Part shown: positions 18,001 through 25,702 of the stretch, in pieces
Numbering within the stretch: position 1 is the stretch's first letter
Layout of the letters: the number at the start of each line of letters is the position of its first letter
DNA from: Pseudomonadota bacterium
GTDB lineage: Bacteria; Bdellovibrionota; FAC87; UBA2466
NCBI GenBank assembly: GCA_043767805.1
Contig: JAYUGC010000110.1
Location: forward strand, 1 to 28,666
Reading direction: 5' to 3'
DNA length: 28,666 bases
Made by a program: the position numbers and the translations under genes
Notes under the pieces: model-generated
Databases searched by the model: none
Seen by the model: only the letters and a program-made list of their open reading frames with translations
What the model was told of the DNA's origin: nothing

Positions 18001-19584
18001 CAGGGAGTTGGTGACGTCCGAAGTTCCTTCGATTCCGAACTGGATAGTAACCGCATTGCGCGCGATGGCACTGGTGGCGGCCAGCACGTGAATGCACGCG
18101 AGATTGGTCGAGCTATTCGTAGCCAGATCACCCGAGGGGATCGAGAAGGTCGCGGTGGGGGGCGAGCCAGAAAGGGTAAGGTCACTACCGATCTGCAGAT
18201 CGGTGCCCGCGTTGTAGACGCAGTTGTAACTCGCCGGCGCGTCCCGGTAGACCCGCACCCGAAGGATATCGGCAGAAGTTGCCGTCCCGGCCTGGGTGAG
18301 AGTCACCGAGGTGATATTGGTGGCGGTGCTCGCTTGATTGAGCGAAAAGGCGAGCGTCGTAAACAACGTGTCCGCCGAGCTTCGCCCCAACGTCGACGTC
18401 GGGCTTCCGACAGCCGTGTTATTGGACAGCGAGAGCAACGTTCCCGCCTGGCTGCCCCAGCCAATTTTTCCGTTGGGATCGTTCTCAAAGGTGCTTCCGC
18501 CCACGCCACCACTCCATTGATTGATCGTTACGGCTGTCAGATTATAGGTGGCGGCATCGAAGTTTTTGACGCTCGCGGCACTGTTATCGTTAAAGAAGCC
18601 TAGGGTGTCCATCGTGGTGGGAATGGAAGCGGCGGCGCCGAGAGTCACCGCGTAACCGCTGGCGGGAAGGTAATGGAACTCACCGTGATCGAGCTTTTGA
18701 ATGGTTCCCGTGACGTTCAAGCCCGCCGCGGTCATGCGATCGATGCGAAAGTAATCGGCGTTGATTTGGCCGGCCACATTCAGCGTGAAAGTAGAGCCCG
18801 CTCCGGCGGACCGAAGCGTCGCGATATTGCCCGCCGCGCCGGCGAGCTGAAGCAAGCCCCCCGAGTTCACCGTAACGGTAGCTCCGTTACTCATGATGAC
18901 CCGGGCTCCCGCTCCAATCTTTAGGGTTCCGGAAACGGTGAGGTTGGTATTGACCGTGAATGTCTGGCTGTTACCGATTTCCAATGTCGCACTGGCCGGG
19001 ATCGTGATCGCGGAGGCGGTGGATTCCACCGTGACGTCCGCGTTCACGAGAACCTTTCCCGTGAAACCGGCCTGCCAGGCAAGTGAGTTGCGGATGGAGA
19101 ACGCTTTCGTGAGAGTCACGGTGGAGTTGGTGGCGATCCGCAAATTATTGATCGGATCGACGTTCTCGAAAGTTTGAGGCGCCGAGCCGGCCATCGAAAT
19201 GAAGGTGGTCGTATCCGCGGCCCGGAAGTTGAGTTGATTGAGAGTGAGGTTGCGGAAGTAGTCTCCACTTACCGTCAGGACGCGGCCGGCGGAAGTGGTG
19301 AGCACTCCGCCCTGAATGTCCACGCAGCCAACCGTGTAGGTAGCGTCAAGAGTGGGAAATCGAACGGCGGAAACGAGTACGGCGTTCTCGGCGGCGGTAT
19401 TGGGGATGTCGGCGATGGTCCAGTTGCCGGCCGTGCCCCACGCCGTGCTGCCGCTACCATTCCAGGTTCGGGTGTTCGCTCCGCACGCGCCGAAAGCTTC
19501 GCCCGTCCGCCAAAGGCAGAGCAGCGCCAAGCCAAATAATAGAACGCGCGTACGTACCACTTTCACCACCTTAAGAGTCCCCAA
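12004..19584 (-). CDS. Giant secreted adhesin-like protein fused to a C25 (gingipain/PorU-like) cysteine peptidase, with a C-terminal GGGC-TM sorting signal
   Basis: Signal peptide (…GEAFG). Three WxG-x3-4-W-x4-NW-capped beta-rich modules, then a PVTF…LLWRT..E…GFNVYRS Ig/FN3 domain and a C25-propeptide-like VPGY…GKPELP region. C25 motifs IYAEFS.G, RFVLLLGDASYD, SDHWF, MAVGRLP, YLGHG and GLNCLN. Tail AEGGGCG…VLVLLFFILSIVVSKR. Start may be TTG 19584 or a GTG at 19569/19566/19560. Confidence 0.88.
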   Translation of the reverse strand: MGTLKVVKVVRTRVLLFGLALLCLWRTGEAFGACGANTRTWNGSGSTAWGTAGNWTIADIPNTAAENAVLVSAVRFPTLDATYTVGCVDIQGGVLTTSAGRVLTVSGDYFRNLTLNQLNFRAADTTTFISMAGSAPQTFENVDPINNLRIATNSTVTLTKAFSIRNSLAWQAGFTGKVLVNADVTVESTASAITIPASATLEIGNSQTFTVNTNLTVSGTLKIGAGARVIMSNGATVTVNSGGLLQLAGAAGNIATLRSAGAGSTFTLNVAGQINADYFRIDRMTAAGLNVTGTIQKLDHGEFHYLPASGYAVTLGAAASIPTTMDTLGFFNDNSAASVKNFDAATYNLTAVTINQWSGGVGGSTFENDPNGKIGWGSQAGTLLSLSNNTAVGSPTSTLGRSSADTLFTTLAFSLNQASTATNITSVTLTQAGTATSADILRVRVYRDAPASYNCVYNAGTDLQIGSDLTLSGSPPTATFSIPSGDLATNSSTNLACIHVLAATSAIARNAVTIQFGIEGTSDVTNSLAYSFSGSSGPPVVGGTSTVSAGTTSVWDGGASNAWNTKNNWTPNTIPTSTQDCRVGNGTFLARLNVALASCLNGILQTGGTLDYNNTTNELGLYGSLDANTGMTFTAATAGPGVLKMRGANSQSLQMRTTFPGSFVVANTGAAGNNLVSVDENSAFSGAVTLTSGVLRISSGKTLTLTGAAVTVQSGAELQVEPGGTLALGNGTVLTVNLGGTLTLVGNASQTVKVTSTGGANTYSVVVNGNISANYYTFDHLGLNGLSIEAGATIDNTNHLQHGSFASPVTNNSTFLKLKRQIPGNAIDSLSFQSAGSAATGVKNIDTTGASAGTLAITSYSGDLSGIPFNVAPTYLISWTGATNTISINRDAAGPASVNAGQTYNMGRFGFTQSQAGASFVDASIISLKLTLTGTGSSTDISQVRIFYDSTCVGASGTLVGTGTFAGSPGTVTFSPSVGQIPVHASTTTPPKRCVYVEYDVATAAVGGNTVGVQIYATGDLVTDQGYLVSGATSPPITLGTAASIVGSTLTTWTGTTSTNWFTATNWSAGLPSATVDCQIDSASNNPLVNGASGTATCKNLTIGNGTLTLQNATSAILSVRGNFSNSGTFTQNDGTLRLEDAATGAAQQISSTSPITALTFNKTGGGTVTVAGTTLTVTTLTFPGTSNFTFRVPSGKVLILPNGVSVAAGTLEVQGGGTLKISTGQTLTVNGGTFTTSGVNDAYPQATANKALVTINGAGTWGFNATSGTVNLTGFLIDNLNLNGLVVGGTTVLSNLNGGQLRNLSASYSSMKALQLNTSSLPATASNFGWNWGPNNPVPADTQAYTLASSTGCGGNTITFNQWFGDFDMDVAPAPVAQSKVSATNCTITVSAANSPVTFHSLSAEGYNSAVALLWRTTVETSHEGFNVYRSTNPLYGYIQVNASLIRNLSSSSSASGRYRYVDSDVENDVTYYYLVEDVAVSGTKTRHGPVYAIPGSSAGAPPAPSGDTNTADSSTGAGTGNSPSDVGMGPNGGLKDLGNGAHILAQTKKAFRLEVVPPATTYPVSAWNAGYVSISVPGYSNLLEAGKPELPERIILVEVPADFSGAAVLDSTITEAASEGRLVQPAPSWAVDAGGVLRPSYSPSAPAYALDADYPAAFFEVDPALVQIQLKKYVRVRVNPVLFHGSTSQVRRTTRITIDVGLDGQGWTPQAPSVAAAQSPASVEGTVRVRFGATGFYEVAFDDLKRWGTEATLAGVATSDLRAYAFGSEIPIEIVDSDNVFNSGDAIRFWGVRTRSFEDPYSEIVLSRQRLAGSTGPAKRFGVLNGDPTGQTPSTLASTAGHAEFEENLREVFDVPMGSTVDHLYWVRIYHQQGRVPDSHAFHEFQLTLPALEPEESRPVRLRIALRGRGTLSVNPEHHLAVWVNGSAARLAEAAFTDADPTEVSLEVPSLYFVPGTNRVKLEAIASGMKTDEYEILDIDRIQVDYRATRLALNGVATLNNETRGAVITAGNFNENADVSVYDVSDPSRVVKVANVVSSAADGPTTQVQFLVNAGTEETSGYRLVAIQEGAYLIPDQVVVVEGYAGALKDAARRADLIVIGNQSLLEAASALISQRQSEGLRVVTATPAQIYAEFSQGMKSSQGIRDFLLYARASWAAPAPRFVLLLGDASYDASDRMEYGRAADLMPMPLERGTYDDFGSDHWFVADETTGLPTMAVGRLPTDKPGVIAGYVTKLLAYESGGRAPTAASLSFIVDRDTMGEGFAGKAAALSDGAKALRPDFVTDTVSRGDFASDALAKVSVLDQFGKAPLLMTYLGHGAEGLWATDQFFKNADATGLSNARLPFVVGLNCLNSVFYYPDPAETSLGESLVLNPTGGAIGFWGSTSLTSPTSQVALATAFQNELAQGTARPGTTVRVGEVMVRAKTAVGTGRAMTDTMRSWTFFGDPSVRLPASAFGAAAPVVAAADSAEDAAPTGGTVSAEGGGCGRARGASRPTRPIESVLVLLFFILSIVVSKRSALPSKR

Positions 19585-19686
19585 GGTACGGATCGGCGCT
19601 AAAGAGCTGCAACTAAAGCGAATTGTATCTAGAGACAGCTACTTAGAGCCGGGTGGCGCCTTGGGTATCTACAAGGATAGCAAAAC

Positions 19687-19709
19687 AATGTGAATTGCTT
19701 CTCACAATT
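19687..19709. promoter_or_regulatory. Palindromic operator candidate upstream of the giant gene
   Basis: AATGTGA-attgcttc-TCACAATT (TGTGA-N8-TCACA) in an AT-rich divergent intergenic region. Confidence 0.35.
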
Positions 19710-20205
19710 GGCAGTAACCTATAGATTTTACTCGATTATTTTAATTTTGCGGCCGGACGAGGTTCCGTCCCCGAAGGGGTTCTGCGCGAGCGAGTCTTTG
19801 TAGAGAAGGGAACGTGGGCGGGAGAGCTCATCCATCGGGTTACTCCAGCGAATCGGCGTGAGCGGTCGCCGCCGACAGGCTCTTGGCCAGTTTCCTCGCA
19901 TTGAACAGCGAGAACGCTTCTATCGTTGGGCGGTCCGCCTTCTTGAGAGGTTTCTCTAGATCATCCCACTTATGATTATGGCACCTGGGCCGGATAGCTT
20001 CCCGCGTTTCACGGGGTCATGCACAGCGTACTTGCTTTGAAGCGCCTTGTTCAGGCCGCTGCCATCGTCGACGACATGCGCGACTCCAACCGGAGAAACA
20101 CCGCGCTTCTCGATATCGCCCAGATACTGCACGTTAGACCCAGAACATGGTACTCTGCTGGGCTCAGTTACCTTTTTCTAAACCACTCCTCGGAGGTTCC
20201 AGTCT

Positions 20206-20763
20206 ATGAGAGCCGATTGCTATAAAGTTTTTACGCTCGCCTTTGTTGCCCTTTTTATCCTGGCTCCAGTCTGTTTCGCCGACGATGTGGCGAAAGACCC
20301 AGTAGCCATGGAGGCGGACGCGGCGGCCCATACCCGGAATCGCGTAGTTTCTCTTTCAAAGTTAACGCCCGAGCAGGTGGACTCACTTCGTGCCAATAAC
20401 TATGGCTGGGGCGAGATACTCCACGTCGGAGCATTCGTCGCCAACGGCCAGTCCTACGATGCGATCGTCGCGGACCGTGCCAGCGGCATGGGATGGGGCG
20501 AAATTGCCAAAAAATATGGCGTGAAATTCGGCGATATCAAGAAGTCAGTCCACGCGGGAATCAAAGACGCGAAAAAAGCCGTTAAGGGAGATGACGCGGC
20601 CAAAAAAGAACTAGGCCAGCTCAAAAAGGAAGCGGACGATATCGAAAAGAGCGACAAAAAAGCAGACAAGGCCGAGAAGCCTGCAAAAATGGACAAAGCC
20701 GATAAATTGGCCAAGCCCGACCATTCTTCCAAACCAGACCATCCCGCTAAGCCGACCAAATAA
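20206..20763 (+). CDS. Hypothetical exported protein with duplicated GWGEI motif and Lys/Asp-rich tail
   Basis: GGAGG RBS, signal peptide (…VCFA), YGWGEI and MGWGEIAKKYGV repeats, tail of KADK/KPDH triplets. Confidence 0.8.
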   Translation: MRADCYKVFTLAFVALFILAPVCFADDVAKDPVAMEADAAAHTRNRVVSLSKLTPEQVDSLRANNYGWGEILHVGAFVANGQSYDAIVADRASGMGWGEIAKKYGVKFGDIKKSVHAGIKDAKKAVKGDDAAKKELGQLKKEADDIEKSDKKADKAEKPAKMDKADKLAKPDHSSKPDHPAKPTK

Positions 20764-20768
20764 GCACT

Positions 20769-21590
20769 ATGGCGCCCGTTAGATATTCGTACCTTGGAAT
20801 GGCGAGCGGTCTCCGGAGAGGCCGCCCGCCTTTTTTAATCGCCATCTTCGTTTCCTCCTGGTTTTGGAGTGGAGCGAATGTCAGTGCAGAAACCCATCCC
20901 TACCTCGGCGCGAGTCTCACCGTCACTCCTTCGGCCAGCGCGACCTCAAGCGCTAGTGACTATTACACGGTGATTTCCACGGGCCTTTCTTGGAAACCCA
21001 AGGAAGCGTGGGTGCATCAGTTTGGCTACGATTTTGGAATCGATGCGCTCAGTGGGGCGGTCACGACCTACTCGACTGTCTCCGTTGGTACCCTTTACCG
21101 GCTGAGCGACACTTTTCGTCCAAAATTTTCGCTACAAAATACGTTTTCGAATAACTTCGATTTCTACGGAGTGAAACTGAAAGCGGCGCTTCGCATGATT
21201 CCGCTCGATGTCTTTCGCATAGATCCCGGCATTCTCTTTTATGCCGATACGGTTGGCTCTAGCTCCCTTGGGGGCTATTTCGATATGAACTGGCAGTGCA
21301 GCGAAACGTGGTCGGTTCAGTTTAACGGCCAGCTACTCGGGTCGGCACCGACCGAGTACGCGCTCGGAGCCGGCGTAACGTACGATGCTTCGGGTGAGTT
21401 CAGCTTGTACGCCTCCGTGAACTACTCAACCGGAATTTCCGCGGCCCCCGTCCTGGGCACGCCGGTGGTAGGCTCTACAAAAAAGCCCTCGATTAAAAAC
21501 CCCAAAGCGGGCCAAACCACCATTGCGGATTACTCCGGCACCACATCCAACAAAACCGCCTGGACGCTAGGAATGCTCTACTCCTTCTAA
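20769..21590 (+). CDS. Hypothetical outer-membrane beta-barrel protein
   Basis: Starts 5 nt after the previous stop (start could be ATG 20799). Signal-like N-terminus, amphipathic aromatic strands, C-terminal beta-signal-like WTLGMLYSF. Confidence 0.7.
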   Translation: MAPVRYSYLGMASGLRRGRPPFLIAIFVSSWFWSGANVSAETHPYLGASLTVTPSASATSSASDYYTVISTGLSWKPKEAWVHQFGYDFGIDALSGAVTTYSTVSVGTLYRLSDTFRPKFSLQNTFSNNFDFYGVKLKAALRMIPLDVFRIDPGILFYADTVGSSSLGGYFDMNWQCSETWSVQFNGQLLGSAPTEYALGAGVTYDASGEFSLYASVNYSTGISAAPVLGTPVVGSTKKPSIKNPKAGQTTIADYSGTTSNKTAWTLGMLYSF

Positions 21591-21740
21591 ACACGCCAAA
21601 AAGGGAACTGTCGCAGACCTGCGGCTTTTGACCGTACCCGGGAAAATCGTCTTCGACGCCCAGACTTCACAAATATTGCCCCGAACACATGAGGCTAGCC
21701 TCTTTCGTAACCCGGACCCCTTGGATTTCTATAACCTCGA

Positions 21741-23831
21741 TTAGTAGCGCTTCGACCATTCGAGGAAAGACGAAACGGATCTCTGTTGCTGCGTACCGAA
21801 GGGGTTGTCGATGAAGGTATTGAGAATCCACGAAGGACTCAACCGGCGCTTCAATCCCAGCTGATTCAGGCTTCTCAGGCCCCCGCCCACGTTGAGCGAA
21901 GTGCCATCCGCGATGCGGATCCTCGCCGCGAACGTGTTGGAAGTCGGATCGTAAGTGACGCTCTCGATGGGAGTTGTCGCAAGTAGGTACATGGACGCGA
22001 GCCCCATGGCGCGGTTGGATACGGCGGCTCTCAAGTTGGCTACCGTATCCCCGTCCGTGGGGCTCAGTTCGCTCAACGGCCGGCCGAAGACCAAAACGGA
22101 GTACGCATCTTCTTCGGATAAAGGCGGATTGCTGTCGATGGACAGATGCGGCACTTCCACCGTGCCGTTGATCAAAATCTTCAGACGATACTCCGCGTAC
22201 TTTACGTCCACTTCGCCGTCGATGGGAGGTGACTTGGCCCCTTCGGCTAGCTCCACTCTGAAATGGTGCACGGTTGCCTTGCGCCGCAAGATTTCCACGG
22301 GGAAGGAGTTAATCCGTAGCGTGCCTGTGGCGTCGGACTCCGACGATAAGAAGAGCGTCAGATCCAAAGGCACCGGCGCGGTGGCCAGATTCGAGACGAG
22401 CCGCATCGGCCCGCCGTTATCGGTGTGAATCTTGATCCGATATTGAAAATTCGATTTCGCTTCCGCCACTTCGCGGTCGGGGAACTTGATGCGCGGATCG
22501 GGAAACAGCCGTGGCAGCTTTCCCGGCTCGAGGGGCGGCAAGACCAGCTCCACGTTGGCGAGTGAAACGTCGGCGTCGAGATTGACCAGGGTTTGCTTGG
22601 CTACGCGGCGAAAGCTAATCGCCCCCGTGGCTTTGGTGACGAAGGTCTGGGAAGGAGAGCCGAGCTTCGTCTGGACTAGAAAAGGAATCCTCCCCGATTT
22701 CAGATCGATTTCTGCTCGGCCATCCGTCGAGACCACCAGCTCGCCTTCCATGGCGTTGAGCGGGCTTGGAACGGCGTAGGCTTTGTCTTCGACGACGTTT
22801 ACCGCTCGCTGGAAATTGACGACGTGAGCATCGATTTCGACGGCGGCCGCTAGTTTCTCTTTCGTCAGGTCTTCCAGATGAAACTGCACTTTGCCGTGCC
22901 CGTGCACGATGTCCGTGCGAAAGGGCAGCAGATCGATTTCGACGTTTCCTTTGGGGTCTCGGGAGGCGGTCGTTCCCCCTTCGGCGCGCACGAGCAAGCG
23001 TAGTTTTCCGTCCCAGCCCGAAGTCCATTCGTTGGGAATGACGTTGTCGGTAGGCGTGACCTCCGTCGGGCAGAGCAGGTTCCACTGCATCTTCGCCGTG
23101 AGCAGGTTTTTGAGCTCGAATCCGCAAGCGTCGAGAGACACATGTCTCAGCTCCGGGATGGGCCGCTCGACCCAGCCTTCGATTCTACCTTTGGCGAGCT
23201 TTTCGTTTCCTTGCCCGCGCAAATCCAGCTGAAAGGGCTTAGGTCTGCCGTCTTGGGTGAACTTGCCATGGGCAACGAGTGAATAGTCGGGGCTAGTGCG
23301 GAAAGTGAGCGCGGTTTCCAAAGCCCATTGAGCCGCGTCGATTCTCAAAGACTTGAACTCAAAAGTGAGCGGGCTAACAGCGAGATCTGGGACCTTGGCG
23401 GGATCGGTGGGGCCGGCGTCTTTCGCTTTCTCGGTATCGAGTTGAACCCGGAACCGGCCGTCCATCGCGGTGATGGGGCCCACTTTGAGAAGCCGGGGAG
23501 GAAACGCGGCCAACCGGATTTCCACCTGCGCGTACACGTGACCGAAACAACCCGAGGCGTGGGGCGCGATACCGTCGTAACAAAGGCTCGGCGAGTCCAA
23601 GGTGATTCGCTTATCCCGAAAGCTCAAAGACTCGATCTTGAGGATGGCGTCCGCCGGATAAGTCACATGGATACCCGCGAGCCGGGCGATGGTGGTTGCC
23701 AGCGCGAGAGGGTTCCTAGGCAGAAACCAATGGGGGCGCGCCAGAAACGCGACGGAGAGCAAGGTAAGCAGGGTCGTACCACCGCCCGCCAGCCATGCCA
23801 TGATCCAAAATGTTTTCTTTAGCCGTTTCAA
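21741..23831 (-). CDS. TamB-like (DUF490 / AsmA-like) translocation-assembly protein
   Basis: N-terminal TM anchor, beta-rich body, C-terminal INGTVEVP.LSIDSNPPLSEEDAYSVLVFGR typical of the TamB C-terminus, ends FLEWSKRY. TTG start overlaps the upstream TGA. Confidence 0.8.
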   Translation of the reverse strand: MKRLKKTFWIMAWLAGGGTTLLTLLSVAFLARPHWFLPRNPLALATTIARLAGIHVTYPADAILKIESLSFRDKRITLDSPSLCYDGIAPHASGCFGHVYAQVEIRLAAFPPRLLKVGPITAMDGRFRVQLDTEKAKDAGPTDPAKVPDLAVSPLTFEFKSLRIDAAQWALETALTFRTSPDYSLVAHGKFTQDGRPKPFQLDLRGQGNEKLAKGRIEGWVERPIPELRHVSLDACGFELKNLLTAKMQWNLLCPTEVTPTDNVIPNEWTSGWDGKLRLLVRAEGGTTASRDPKGNVEIDLLPFRTDIVHGHGKVQFHLEDLTKEKLAAAVEIDAHVVNFQRAVNVVEDKAYAVPSPLNAMEGELVVSTDGRAEIDLKSGRIPFLVQTKLGSPSQTFVTKATGAISFRRVAKQTLVNLDADVSLANVELVLPPLEPGKLPRLFPDPRIKFPDREVAEAKSNFQYRIKIHTDNGGPMRLVSNLATAPVPLDLTLFLSSESDATGTLRINSFPVEILRRKATVHHFRVELAEGAKSPPIDGEVDVKYAEYRLKILINGTVEVPHLSIDSNPPLSEEDAYSVLVFGRPLSELSPTDGDTVANLRAAVSNRAMGLASMYLLATTPIESVTYDPTSNTFAARIRIADGTSLNVGGGLRSLNQLGLKRRLSPSWILNTFIDNPFGTQQQRSVSSFLEWSKRY

Positions 23832-25573
23832 AATTCCTCCCCGTAAGACACGAAGAGTTGAAAATGCGATTTCGCGGTATAGCCCGCCGGCGGCGTTCCG
23901 CCGACGATGCCGTGAGCCGCCGAGATTCTAAACGCTCCGATCGGACTTTCCCAACGCAACCCCGCCCCGGGCGAATAGAGCCAGGGCTGGTCGAGTTTCG
24001 CGGGAGCGGACCCGGTTTTTCCGATGTCCAGAAACACCAGGGGTTGCAGTCCCCAGGGAAGCCAGTACCCCAGCCTTAATTCAGTGCTTAGATAAAAAGC
24101 GGTGAGCGCTCCGTTGGCGTTGGGAATTTCCTGAAAACCGAAACCTCTCAAATCCAGCGAGCCGCCGAGATAGTGTCTGAGGTTCGGCGGCAGCGACGTT
24201 TGCTCCGCCGCGGGAGTTAGCGTGGTCGAGAGGCTTCCGCGCATTCCCAGTACGAAGAGCGGCGGATCGAAACTTCCCAGATTCCAAAGTTTGTGAATCG
24301 AGGCGCGCATGGTTTGCGCGGTAATTTCGCCGAGCCACCCTTTGCGGCTGAAGCTTCCGTTGAGAGTGAGCTCGTACCCTGAGCGAGGCGAAGTCCGAAA
24401 CAGCTCGAAGTCGTGACTCATGACCGAAAGATCCGCGCCGAGAGTGAGGTAAGCGGATTGCCGGCGGCCCACGCCGCGCAACGTTCTCTCTCCGATGAGC
24501 GCGGGTCCCGCGTAAAGACTTCCGCCCGCGTCTTGCCCCTCCCACGTTACTCCGGGCGTGATCTGCAATTTCCCGGCGATGACTTCGTAAGCCTGCTGAC
24601 TCTCATGACGGAAAGAAGCGACGGGTTTTACGTGAAAGCGCGACGGCCGATTTTGGTAATACCAAAGCCCGGTGAACGCGAGCTCCTGCTCGTTACGGCG
24701 ATCGCCGCCGTAGTAGCCGGTGAGACTGACTCCCGCTTGCGAGGCGGTGCTACCGACCCGCACGTGTTTCCACGTAGCGCGCGCCGCGAGACCTTTTTCC
24801 GTATTGAGGCCGAAACCGATACTCACCAGCCGGGGCGGCCCCGCGACGTTCTTTTCGAGGATCCCTACGTTAGTTGAGTCGCAGGACGCCGTGAAAAGCG
24901 TATTTTGCAAAACGCCGAGAGAATGAATCCGCTGCGTCGTCAGATCGAGCCAGCGTTCGTTGTAAATCGCGCCGGGATAAAACGCGTGGTAGCGGTTCAA
25001 GACGGCGGCGTTCATGCTTTCGACGGGCTCGATGATGACGTCGCTGATCGTGCCGACGGGGCCCGCGTCGACTTCAATCTTAACTAGCCCTGAGTCCGGA
25101 AAACCCTGAACGCTTACTTTGGGACAAGCGTGGCCAAGACTGCGCAGCTCTTTCAAAAATCGTTTTTCGGTTTCTTGAAGAAGGCTAGGGGTGAGAACTT
25201 CGCCCTTGATGCCGCGGAACCGCGAGAGATCGATGGCGGTAGCGGAGCCTTCCATCACCACATCTTCGACCGTGGTGCGATCGCCCACGTCCACTAGGAC
25301 GCGGTCGGGGGACTCGTCCAAAATGGTGTGGTAGTAGCCGCGGTCCTGCAAAAACGATTTCAGGTGAAAGACCGCCTGGGACCGGGGGACGCGCTTCCAC
25401 GCGGGAACGTCGGCGTCTCCGCAAACGAGGACGGTCTCGGTCATGGTGAGCGAGAACTTGTCGGGGGCCAGAATCCGCACCCCGGGACAGAGCTCCCATT
25501 CCTCGGCCTGTGCCCGAACGCCAAGAAAGGCGGGGACCAGTAGGACCAGGGTTATGAATCGAGACGAGGACAT
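23828..25573 (-). CDS. TamA/BamA-family (Omp85) outer-membrane protein
   Basis: Signal peptide, POTRA-like segments (LQDRGYY, LHSLGVL-like), YLGGSLDLRGF (VRGF lid motif), GAGLRWESPIGAFRISAA, terminal F. Confidence 0.87.
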   Translation of the reverse strand: MSSSRFITLVLLVPAFLGVRAQAEEWELCPGVRILAPDKFSLTMTETVLVCGDADVPAWKRVPRSQAVFHLKSFLQDRGYYHTILDESPDRVLVDVGDRTTVEDVVMEGSATAIDLSRFRGIKGEVLTPSLLQETEKRFLKELRSLGHACPKVSVQGFPDSGLVKIEVDAGPVGTISDVIIEPVESMNAAVLNRYHAFYPGAIYNERWLDLTTQRIHSLGVLQNTLFTASCDSTNVGILEKNVAGPPRLVSIGFGLNTEKGLAARATWKHVRVGSTASQAGVSLTGYYGGDRRNEQELAFTGLWYYQNRPSRFHVKPVASFRHESQQAYEVIAGKLQITPGVTWEGQDAGGSLYAGPALIGERTLRGVGRRQSAYLTLGADLSVMSHDFELFRTSPRSGYELTLNGSFSRKGWLGEITAQTMRASIHKLWNLGSFDPPLFVLGMRGSLSTTLTPAAEQTSLPPNLRHYLGGSLDLRGFGFQEIPNANGALTAFYLSTELRLGYWLPWGLQPLVFLDIGKTGSAPAKLDQPWLYSPGAGLRWESPIGAFRISAAHGIVGGTPPAGYTAKSHFQLFVSYGEEF

Positions 25574-25702
25574 TGGTAGGACGTGGTTCTACCGCAATGT
25601 GATGCGCCGTATCAAGAGGCCAACAGTCTAAATTAACCACCTGGAATTACTACAAAATAATGCCTCTTTTGAACCCTCCCCGTTTGGGATAGAAGGAAAC
25701 CC

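Noticed and set aside
15382..18603. Long plus-strand ORFs (464 aa, 391 aa) antisense to the giant gene
   Set aside because: Arg/Gly-rich shadow frames expected from GC-biased codon usage.
20019..20225. 68-aa ORF upstream of the GWGEI gene
   Set aside because: No convincing RBS or motif and it overlaps the next gene's start; cannot be supported.
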